This document shows positions 57,413 through 64,000 of a stretch of 64,000 bases of DNA, piece by piece. Location: the NCBI GenBank assembly GCA_020852375.1, contig JADZAY010000019.1, forward strand, positions 15,319 to 79,318. Direction: 5' to 3'. A program made the position numbers and the translations under genes. Positions within the stretch are counted from its first letter, which is position 1; each line of letters begins with the position of its first letter. The stretch is from Candidatus Yanofskybacteria bacterium (GTDB taxonomy: Bacteria; Patescibacteriota; Minisyncoccia; 2-02-FULL-40-12; GWA2-44-9). The notes below the pieces were generated by a model. The model was not told where the DNA came from. It worked only from the letters and a program-made list of their open reading frames with translations, and did no database searches.

Positions 57413-57757
57413 ATGGGCGACTTCAAGCCGCCGCGCGACAATGCAAACTTTCGCTGGACGCACCACGTGGTGCGGAAGCTTCGGTTCTATGCGCTCACGC
57501 CGAGCCGCGTGCTCCGGGTGATCCGCGCGCCTGAGCGGGTCGAAGACGGGGTCGCTGAAGGCACGCTTGCCGCCATGCAGACCGCGGGCACCAAAGCGAA
57601 GCCGTGGGAGGTGTGGGTGATGTGGCGTGAGGAGGGGAAACGGAGGGTCGTGATCACGGCGTGGCGGTATCCCGGGGTCTCACCGGTGCGTGAGCGGGTG
57701 CCGCTTCCTGCGGGCGTGCTTGCGGAGCTGGAGTCTGAGGGGCTCTTGGATGCCTAA
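57413..57757 (+). CDS. Hypothetical protein of 114 aa
   Basis: An ORF with high third-position GC. Confidence 0.4.
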   Translation: MGDFKPPRDNANFRWTHHVVRKLRFYALTPSRVLRVIRAPERVEDGVAEGTLAAMQTAGTKAKPWEVWVMWREEGKRRVVITAWRYPGVSPVRERVPLPAGVLAELESEGLLDA

Positions 57758-57762
57758 TCCTT

Positions 57763-58017
57763 TTGTGGTATAATCCGGATATGTTCAACGACATCCTGCA
57801 GATACCGCTGGATCGCCAGCTTTGGTATCTCGCACTGTTCGCGTGGGTGGTAGTGTGGAAGGGGCTTGCCCTGTGGCGAGCGGCTCAGAAGGAGCAGAAG
57901 TGGTGGTTCATCGCTCTGCTCGTGGTGAATACGCTCGGGATCCTCGAGATCCTCTACGTATACGTGTTTTCGGTCGAGCGACCGAAGGCTCGCGCCGAGG
58001 AGGCGAAAACCGAGTAA
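57763..58017 (+). CDS. Hypothetical small 2-TM membrane protein of 84 aa
   Basis: Two hydrophobic helices. It overlaps the 3' tail of the tgt ORF, which lies on the opposite strand. Confidence 0.4.
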   Translation: MWYNPDMFNDILQIPLDRQLWYLALFAWVVVWKGLALWRAAQKEQKWWFIALLVVNTLGILEILYVYVFSVERPKARAEEAKTE

Positions 58018-59116
58018 GAAATTGCTTTTTGAAGCGAACATACGAGCCGTCCGCAAGGGCGGCTCGTATGCGTTCTAAGAGCAGGTTGAACCAGCGGACG
58101 TTGTGAAGCGTTGCCAGTCGGCCTGCGCGCTGATCATGTGCACGGAACAAGCGGTGGAGGCGGCCGATGCTCGCGCGAGAGACAAGGAGCGGTCGCACAT
58201 CGTCGGCATACTTCACCTTTCGCACATCAACGATGCCGTCGTCGGTATAGATGCGGGCGTGGCGTGCCTCACGAGTCGGAACGACGCAGTCCATGGTGTC
58301 GATGCCCGCTTCTACGGCGATGAAAATATCCTGAACGGATCCGATACCCAGGAGGTGTCGCGGTTTATCGTCGGGGAGGTGCGGCACGACCGTCGCTAAC
58401 GTTGCGGCCATTTCATCTTTTCCAAAACTTCCGCCGATGCCATAGCCGCCGAACGGCAGCGCTGCCAGGGTCTTGGCGCTCGCGACGCGCAGTCGCTTGA
58501 ATCGGCCGCCCTGGACGATGCCGTACAGGAGTTGATCGCGCCGCGCATGCGCGCGCAGGGAGCGGAGCGCCCAACGGTGGGTGCGCTCCATCGAGTTCTT
58601 GGTGTACGCGAGGGGATGGAGCGGGGACGTGCATTCATCGAATACGAAGATGATGTCCGCTCCGAGGCTTTCCTGCGTTGCGATCGACGATTCGGGTGTG
58701 ATCATGAGCCTGCTCCCCTCGACGCGGATCGCAGCTCCCTTCTCGGTGATCGAGACGGTGGAAAAGTCATTGCCGTCTGATGTGGTCCGGTGTCCGCGTT
58801 TCAGCACTTTGCCGACGCGATGGTCTTTTGCCGCGCCCAGCGAAAACACCTGAAATCCGCCGCTATCGGTCATCATTGGGATGCGGGCGCCGAGCATGCG
58901 GTGCGCATCGCGGCGCCCCCAGAGGTGGTAGGTGTTCGCAATGACGAGCTGCGTCTTCGTTTTCTTGATGTCCGCCGGAGTGAGCGTCCGCACCTGTGCG
59001 TGGGTTGCCACGATGACGTACGCGGGCGTTTGCACGGTGCCGTGCGGCGTGCGAAGGACGCCGAGGCGTGCTCGGCCGGCGCGTGAGCGTTTGTGGATAC
59101 GAAACGTCGGCTTCAT
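57908..59116 (-). CDS. tgt: Queuine tRNA-ribosyltransferase Tgt, with an unusual Arg/Ser/Pro-rich C-terminal extension of about 35 aa
   Basis: The N-terminus is MKPTFRIHKRSRAGRARLGVLRTPHGTVQTPAYV, and the MTDSGGFQ and VFDECT motifs are present. The conserved sequence ends near ...KKQFLTRF, at about 58010. Confidence 0.85.
   Translation of the reverse strand: MKPTFRIHKRSRAGRARLGVLRTPHGTVQTPAYVIVATHAQVRTLTPADIKKTKTQLVIANTYHLWGRRDAHRMLGARIPMMTDSGGFQVFSLGAAKDHRVGKVLKRGHRTTSDGNDFSTVSITEKGAAIRVEGSRLMITPESSIATQESLGADIIFVFDECTSPLHPLAYTKNSMERTHRWALRSLRAHARRDQLLYGIVQGGRFKRLRVASAKTLAALPFGGYGIGGSFGKDEMAATLATVVPHLPDDKPRHLLGIGSVQDIFIAVEAGIDTMDCVVPTREARHARIYTDDGIVDVRKVKYADDVRPLLVSRASIGRLHRLFRAHDQRAGRLATLHNVRWFNLLLERIRAALADGSYVRFKKQFLTRFSPPRREPSVARPKTRIRRGSRGSRAYSPRAER
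58039..58070 (+). terminator. Hairpin CATACGAGCCGTCC-gcaa-GGGCGGCTCGTATG
   Basis: A perfect 13-14-bp inverted repeat. It lies inside the predicted 3' tail of the tgt ORF. Confidence 0.45.
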
Positions 59117-59134
59117 GGTGCTTGTTGAGGTATA

Positions 59135-59163
59135 ATAATACTGAATTTGTGTGATTTTGGCAA
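59135..59163 (-). promoter_or_regulatory. Sigma70-like promoter on the minus strand, TTGCCA-N17-TATTAT, lying 12-19 nt upstream of the tgt ATG
   Basis: The -35 element is the reverse complement of 59158-59163 and the -10 element is the reverse complement of 59135-59140. Confidence 0.5.
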
Positions 59164-59220
59164 ATTTTGCGTTGCGGTTTCGGTGCGGTATGATGGTCGC
59201 GTATCACTCAATTGTTCCCT

Positions 59221-59472
59221 ATGCCGAACATTACGATTTATTCGACTCCGACCTGCGGCTACTGCAAGATGGCCAAAGAATACCTCGCATCCAAAAACAT
59301 CCCGTTCACCGATATCGATGTGTCCCGCGACCATGCAAAGGCGCAGGAAATGTACACGAAGTCCGGTCAGCTCGGCGTACCGGTCATCGATGTGGATGGC
59401 AAGATCATTGTGGGCTTCGATAAGCGCAAGCTCGACGAGTACGCAGGTATCACCGGAAACGCCTCCCGTTAG
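59221..59472 (+). CDS. Glutaredoxin-like protein of the Grx/NrdH family
   Basis: The active site is TPTCGYC. The protein is 84 aa with a thioredoxin fold. Confidence 0.7.
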   Translation: MPNITIYSTPTCGYCKMAKEYLASKNIPFTDIDVSRDHAKAQEMYTKSGQLGVPVIDVDGKIIVGFDKRKLDEYAGITGNASR

Positions 59473-59557
59473 AAGTGAACGGACAATGAATATACTCATA
59501 ACAAATGAACAAGTGCATATCTCCACATATCGTGGTGGCGTGTTACTTGTTCACTTC
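59473..59557 (+). promoter_or_regulatory. Long-range perfect 12-bp inverted repeat TTAGAAGTGAAC...GTTCACTTCTAA. It brackets an AT-rich segment of about 60 bp that contains a TATACT element, and it lies immediately upstream of the sod gene.
   Basis: The arms are at 59472-59483 and 59546-59557. It could be an operator or a leader structure. Confidence 0.4.
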
Positions 59558-59564
59558 TAACGGG

Positions 59565-60173
59565 ATGGATACCAAACCTTTACCCTTCGACGCCGACACG
59601 CTTGGCGATATCAGTGCGAAGACGCTGGCCATTCACCACGATAAACTCTACGCGGGCTATGTGGCGAAGGCGAACGACATCTCCCAGAAGCTCACAGAGC
59701 TCGCGGCATCCGGCTCGGTCGCCGGGAACGCGACCTACTCCGAGCTTCGGGCGCTGAAGGATGCAGAGACGTTCGCTGTGAACGGCGTCTACCTCCACGA
59801 GTGGTACTTTGAGGTGCTCGGGGGCGATGGGGCAACTGAAATGGCTCCTGAGCTCACGAAGGCGCTTGCGGATAAGTGGGGCTCGCTCGACAATGGTCTG
59901 AAGTACTTTTCGGAGTGCGCCATGGCGGCCCGCGGATGGAGCGTGCTTGCGTGGGACACAAAGGCCGGGAAGCTGAAGCACTACAACGCCGACGCGCACA
60001 ACCAGGGCGGCGTCTGGGGGTGCTTGCCCGTCATCGTGCTCGATGTCTACGAGCACGCCTACTTCATCGACTTTGGTTCTGACAAGAAGGCCTACATCGA
60101 GGCCTTCTGGAAGCACTTCAACTGGGCAAAGGCGGAGGAACTATACCTCAAAGTGCGACAGGTGATGCTGTAG
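59565..60173 (+). CDS. Fe/Mn superoxide dismutase
   Basis: The SOD motifs are LAIHHDKLYAGYV, the LHEWYF segment with its His ligand, GWSVLAW and DVYEHAYF. Confidence 0.75.
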   Translation: MDTKPLPFDADTLGDISAKTLAIHHDKLYAGYVAKANDISQKLTELAASGSVAGNATYSELRALKDAETFAVNGVYLHEWYFEVLGGDGATEMAPELTKALADKWGSLDNGLKYFSECAMAARGWSVLAWDTKAGKLKHYNADAHNQGGVWGCLPVIVLDVYEHAYFIDFGSDKKAYIEAFWKHFNWAKAEELYLKVRQVML

Positions 60174-60215
60174 CCGATCATACTCACAACAACCCCCTCA
60201 GAGGGGGTTGTTTCG

Positions 60216-61580
60216 TTACCGCCACGAGTTAAACCAGGTCCGAGCGTTGTATGCCGCGTCGGAGAGGGGGAGCCCATACGAGAGCGGGGCGAAGTAGACG
60301 AATCCAATGAGCGCAACGAGTACCAATGCCCCTGCGATGTGGACGCGGTGGCGCGACCGGTCGACTAGATATCCGAGCATGAGGATCGCCCAGAGCAGTC
60401 CCGGGAAGTAGTGGTACAAAAACATGACACGATGGATGCCAATGAACGGCAGGAGGTTCATAAGCCAAGCGCCGAGAAGCACAAAGAGTACGCGCGGCGT
60501 CTTTCGCGGATGCGTGAACAGTACATTCGCGATGACTGCGAACACGGCGATCGTGGATGCCCACCAGATGAACGGATTGCCGAGCAGGTAGATGCGGCTC
60601 GTTCCGTCGACCCAGTAGTAGATGCTGCGATCCATGAACGGCCAGGTGTACCACATGCTCGCATACGGGTGCGATGCGGTGAGTCGCTGATTCGAGCGGT
60701 ACATTTCGATATTCAGTTCGATGGTCTTTTCGAGCGGAGACAGAGGGGCAAGCGATGTGTCAGCGGCGAAGGTGCTCCCGATCAGATCGTGCTGGAAGCG
60801 GGCACTCATGAACGCATCGCCGGTACCGGTGCGGGTGAGGAGGAGGAAGTGGGCGATGAAGATCGCGGTGTATACGATGACCGGAAGCATGAGAAGCGTG
60901 AGTGCGCTCGTGACAGGGATGCGGAATCCTGACCGCCGCATCTTCCACAGGCGAGGCAATTCCACGATAACGATCAGTGCGAGGAATGTTGCCCCGGTCC
61001 ACTTAATACTCATCGCCATACCTCCGAAGATGCCGGCCGCAGAGAGCCACGCTCCGATCCGAGCGGGTGGTGCGTCAATCGCTCGGAGGTAACACCAGAC
61101 TGCCGAGAATCCGAACAGGAGGAGGAAAGAGTCGAGCAGGATCAGTCGTGACTGAACGAGGAGCGCGTTATCGAGCGCGACAAGTACACCGACGAGGAGC
61201 GCCGCGGTCCGAGAAAAGCGGAGCTGGCGTGCGATGCCGTACAGAACGAGCGGTAGGAGCGTTCCCGCCAGGGTGGGCAGGAAGCGGAGCATGAGCGCGA
61301 AGTGGTCCGGGTAGGCATCGCCGATGTTGGTGAACGAAAATCCCGGCTGGAATCCCCAGAGCCAACCCCATCCGGCGAGAATGAGCTTGCCGAGCGGGGG
61401 ATGGATATCGAAGTAGTACTGGTGCGTGAAGTAGGCCGAAAGGAATTTCCCAAAATGGACTTCGTCGAACACGATCTCGTTCGGGTGTCCGAAAAAGAGG
61501 GCGTGTACCAGGATCGAGAGCGCGAGGACCGCCCACGGCGCATACTTGCCAAATCGTTTGATTTGTGCTATTATATGCAT
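60216..61580 (-). CDS. Dolichyl/polyprenyl-phosphate-mannose protein mannosyltransferase (GT39 / PMT family)
   Basis: The N-terminal loop motif is FDEVHFGKF...FDIHPPLGKL. A polytopic membrane protein of 454 aa. Confidence 0.75.
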   Translation of the reverse strand: MHIIAQIKRFGKYAPWAVLALSILVHALFFGHPNEIVFDEVHFGKFLSAYFTHQYYFDIHPPLGKLILAGWGWLWGFQPGFSFTNIGDAYPDHFALMLRFLPTLAGTLLPLVLYGIARQLRFSRTAALLVGVLVALDNALLVQSRLILLDSFLLLFGFSAVWCYLRAIDAPPARIGAWLSAAGIFGGMAMSIKWTGATFLALIVIVELPRLWKMRRSGFRIPVTSALTLLMLPVIVYTAIFIAHFLLLTRTGTGDAFMSARFQHDLIGSTFAADTSLAPLSPLEKTIELNIEMYRSNQRLTASHPYASMWYTWPFMDRSIYYWVDGTSRIYLLGNPFIWWASTIAVFAVIANVLFTHPRKTPRVLFVLLGAWLMNLLPFIGIHRVMFLYHYFPGLLWAILMLGYLVDRSRHRVHIAGALVLVALIGFVYFAPLSYGLPLSDAAYNARTWFNSWR

Positions 61581-61628
61581 AGCTCACTTCAGTGTAGCAT
61601 ATGCCGCACATGCGGCGAAAGGAGCGTC

Positions 61629-62261
61629 ATGCGGTTTCGGCATCTGATCCTGCTCGCACTCGCCCTGTCCCTTCCGGTCGCGGCGCAGACGGAAGTCTCC
61701 GTCGGAACCGCGGTGCAGGGCACGGACAACATGGGCCAGAGCGGTACCCAGGCCGCGTTCGGCCTCGGTGCCCGTAAGGCCCTGGGTCTCTTCGACCTCT
61801 CGGCCGCCGTGAAGCGTGCCGAGCTCGAGAAGGTCGGCACGCCGGGCGGCCACCAGTGGACCATCAGCGGTGACATCCGCCACTGGGTCGGGCCTAACCT
61901 CTTCCTCGTCGTCGGCGGTCACCGCATCCTCTCGGATGCGACCGTCTGGACGAAGAAGACGTCGTGGGTCGATGGCGGTATCGGGCTCTGCGCCCGGTAC
62001 GGCACAACGGCCACACGCCGTCCGCACCGCGACGAGTTCTCGGTGCGCTACGGCGGCGAGGTGGGGACCGACGCCGAGGCCCCCAACCACACCCAGGGCT
62101 GGGCGTTCCTGTGGAGCCACGACCTCCCGCTCCGCGGCAGCGCCTTCCTGCGAGGCTCGGTCGGGACGTCGTCCCGGAAGTACCTCCAGGACGGCGCGTG
62201 GCGCCACGGGACGTCGTCCTCTCTGGGGATCGCGTTCGTCCTGCGCCCCCAGGATCTCTAG
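61629..62261 (+). CDS. Secreted hypothetical protein of 210 aa
   Basis: The RBS is AAGGAG. The signal peptide is MRFRHLILLALALSLPVAAQ. A strong terminator lies downstream. Confidence 0.5.
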   Translation: MRFRHLILLALALSLPVAAQTEVSVGTAVQGTDNMGQSGTQAAFGLGARKALGLFDLSAAVKRAELEKVGTPGGHQWTISGDIRHWVGPNLFLVVGGHRILSDATVWTKKTSWVDGGIGLCARYGTTATRRPHRDEFSVRYGGEVGTDAEAPNHTQGWAFLWSHDLPLRGSAFLRGSVGTSSRKYLQDGAWRHGTSSSLGIAFVLRPQDL

Positions 62262-62277
62262 GTCCCCCTGTCGTACA

Positions 62278-62307
62278 CCCCCATCTTCGGATGGGGGTTC
62301 TTTTTTT
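62278..62307 (+). terminator. Rho-independent terminator CCCCCATC-ttcg-GATGGGGG followed by TTCTTTTTTT
   Basis: A perfect stem with a 7-T run. Confidence 0.65.
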
Positions 62308-62333
62308 CGTCGGTTTGTTATACTGGTCTTCGT

Positions 62334-63248
62334 ATGTACGACCTCATTATCATTGGCGGCTCCGCCGCGGGAGCATCTGCCGGAGTGTACGCTGCGCGTC
62401 GCGGACTGAAGTTTCTCATTATTGCAAAAGATCTCGGCGGCGAGGTCGCGCTCTCCGGTGAAGTGGAGAACTGGCTGGGCATCAAGCACACGACGGGCAT
62501 CGAATTGTCCCAGATGTTCCGTGAGCATATCGAGAGCTACAGACCGGAGATCAAAGAAGGGTATCTGGTGAGCTCGATTGTGAAGGGCTCTGACGGCATG
62601 TTCACGGTGACCGCAGATGATGGCGCATTGTATCAGGCGAAAGCCGTCATTGTTGCAACGGGGGCCCACTCGCGATTGCTGGGCGTGCCCGGTGAAGAGC
62701 AGTATCGGCTCAAAGGGGTGTCGTACTGCACGGTTTGTGACGGTCCGCTGTTCGGGGGAAGGCGCGTGGTGACCATCGGCGGCGGCAACTCCGCGCTTGA
62801 GAGCGCGCTCATGCTCGCCGATATTGCCGCGGAGGTGACCGTCATCAACAAAAACCCTGCGTTCAAAGGGGAGGCGTCGCTCATCGAGAAGGTCACGAAG
62901 CACCCGAAGATAGAAGTGATCTACCAAGCCCGCACGACCGAGATCACCGGGAACGGTTCGCTGGCAACGGGATTGAAATATACCGGTGCCGACGGCGCGG
63001 AGCATCAGATCGAGATGGATGGCGCGTTTGTGCACATCGGGCAGGTCCCGAACTCGCAGATGGTCCCTGCAGAATGCGCAAAGGATGCGTTCGGATATAT
63101 CACTATCGGACTCGATGGCGCCACGACTTTGCCGGGATTGTTCGCCGCAGGCGACGTGACCAATGGCGCCCACAAACAGATCATCATCGCGGCCGGCCAC
63201 GGTGCCGCCGCCGCTCTCTCCGCGGTGCAGTACATTAATCGACTCTAA
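62334..63248 (+). CDS. trxB: Thioredoxin-disulfide reductase-like FAD/NAD(P)-dependent oxidoreductase
   Basis: The FAD-binding site is DLIIIGGSAAG. The redox-active CxxC is CTVCDG. An NADPH-binding site GGGNSA is present. Confidence 0.8.
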   Translation: MYDLIIIGGSAAGASAGVYAARRGLKFLIIAKDLGGEVALSGEVENWLGIKHTTGIELSQMFREHIESYRPEIKEGYLVSSIVKGSDGMFTVTADDGALYQAKAVIVATGAHSRLLGVPGEEQYRLKGVSYCTVCDGPLFGGRRVVTIGGGNSALESALMLADIAAEVTVINKNPAFKGEASLIEKVTKHPKIEVIYQARTTEITGNGSLATGLKYTGADGAEHQIEMDGAFVHIGQVPNSQMVPAECAKDAFGYITIGLDGATTLPGLFAAGDVTNGAHKQIIIAAGHGAAAALSAVQYINRL

Positions 63249-63254
63249 GGCAAC

Positions 63255-63285
63255 AAAAAGCCCCACACTCACGTGAGTGTGGGGC
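63255..63285 (-). terminator. Perfect 24-bp palindrome CCCCACACTCAC/GTGAGTGTGGGG between convergent genes, with a U-run on the minus strand
   Basis: It lies between the trxB stop at 63248 and the SPFH-gene stop at 63292. The reverse complement shows TTTTTG after the hairpin. Confidence 0.55.
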
Positions 63286-63291
63286 GGACTG

Positions 63292-64000
63292 CTACTTCTT
63301 GGCGGTGGCGCCTTCCCCGGCCATGTCCATGCTGAGCGCGAGGTCCTTAGCCGTCTTGGCGGTCAGGAGCTCCACGAGGCTTGCGGCATTCCCTCCGGCA
63401 TTCTGTCCACCACCGGACCCCATCACGATGCCAGGGACCAGATTACCCCTGAACTCCTTGATGGCGTTTGCCCAAAGCTCTTGACTCTTGAGCCATGCCT
63501 CGAGCTTCTTCTCGAGCGCTCCGTCCGCCGACATGACCAGTTTTCGGCGTTCGGCTTCGCCTTCGCCGAGGAGAATCTGCTGCCGTTTGGTCTGTTCGGC
63601 GGCCTTGGCCTCCAGCTGGGCGACCTCGAGCTTCTGCTGGGCCTCGGTGACCATCTTCGCCTTAATGACTTCCTGCTCCCACTTCGCCTTGGCCGCCTGG
63701 GCTTCACCGTTCTTGGCGGCGGTGATGGCCTCTTGCTCTGCTTCTCGGGCCTTGGCCTGTGCGGTTTGCACCTGCATCGTCGCCGCCTGCTGTTGCTTGA
63801 TCTGGGCTTCGACGGTGTCGTCGTACGCGATCTCGTTCAGTGAGGGGTTGAAGGTCCGGATACCGAACTCGACCAGCGGCGACTTGTCAGTGCGGACGAA
63901 GTTTCCATCCTTGTCCTTGGCGATCTCGGTGATCTTGACGGTCTTGTCCGCTCCCGTCATCACGTCTTTCGTGCTCGCCTCGCGGACGCTGGTCTGGTAG
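63292..64000 (-). CDS. SPFH/band-7 (prohibitin/flotillin-like) protein; partial, because the 5' end lies beyond the window edge
   Basis: The frame is open through position 64000 (...YQTSVREASTKDVMTGADK...). The C-terminal half is an Ala/Glu/Gln-rich coiled coil typical of the SPFH family. Confidence 0.6.
   Translation of the reverse strand, partial: YQTSVREASTKDVMTGADKTVKITEIAKDKDGNFVRTDKSPLVEFGIRTFNPSLNEIAYDDTVEAQIKQQQAATMQVQTAQAKAREAEQEAITAAKNGEAQAAKAKWEQEVIKAKMVTEAQQKLEVAQLEAKAAEQTKRQQILLGEGEAERRKLVMSADGALEKKLEAWLKSQELWANAIKEFRGNLVPGIVMGSGGGQNAGGNAASLVELLTAKTAKDLALSMDMAGEGATAKK

Noticed and set aside
61584-63272. 562-aa minus-strand ORF antisense to the 61629 gene and trxB
   Set aside because: The plus-strand genes have clear motifs (CxxC, FAD site) and terminators. 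The antisense ORF is Arg/Gly-rich.

Overview
The window is a 64-kb stretch of a high-GC (about 60-65%) bacterial chromosome that is tightly packed with genes. The leftmost 1.1 kb is a sharply AT-rich islet. I see no rRNA, tRNA or CRISPR array. Most of the content concerns the cell envelope and cell surface, with housekeeping genes in the right half.

Cell-surface and envelope content:
- A 2003-aa secreted giant repeat protein (3045..9056, minus strand) is immediately followed by a hemerythrin-like gene.
- A 16.6-kb co-directional plus-strand array (9992..26540) contains at least 16 tightly linked or overlapping genes. They encode secreted and membrane proteins, a GT-A-like glycosyltransferase, a class-A beta-lactamase-like serine hydrolase, a SAM methyltransferase, a Wzy_C/O-antigen-ligase-like membrane protein flanked by two Ser/Thr/Gly-rich paralogues, a dockerin/cohesin gene pair, and a YhhQ-family transporter interrupted by an in-frame TAG.
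- This array is bracketed by two copies of a roughly 52-bp direct repeat.

Transport, housekeeping and other genes:
- An ABC-2 exporter pair, MurJ, and a tripartite HlyD/MacB-type efflux system.
- A standalone Cas4-like Fe-S nuclease of the PD-(D/E)xK superfamily.
- Obg, a PKD-domain exoprotein, DoxX proteins, a DEDDh exonuclease, UppP, an FAD-linked oxidase, TypA/BipA, a second secreted protein that shares a conserved domain with the C-terminus of the giant protein, and two tandem HExxH zincin-like proteins placed divergently from a Cys/His-rich mini-ORF.
- A minimal pyruvate kinase that lacks the B and C domains, enolase, an RRM RNA-binding protein, a CobO/BtuR-like corrinoid adenosyltransferase, Tgt, glutaredoxin, Fe/Mn superoxide dismutase, a GT39/PMT mannosyltransferase, thioredoxin reductase, and a partial SPFH/band-7 protein.

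Regulatory signals:
- Several sigma70-like promoters and rho-independent terminators are visible.
- Several promoters sit so close to their start codon that the mRNA must be leaderless or nearly so.
- The many long antisense ORFs in the track are high-GC artefacts.

Every functional call rests on motifs I recognised by eye. None was confirmed by a database search.
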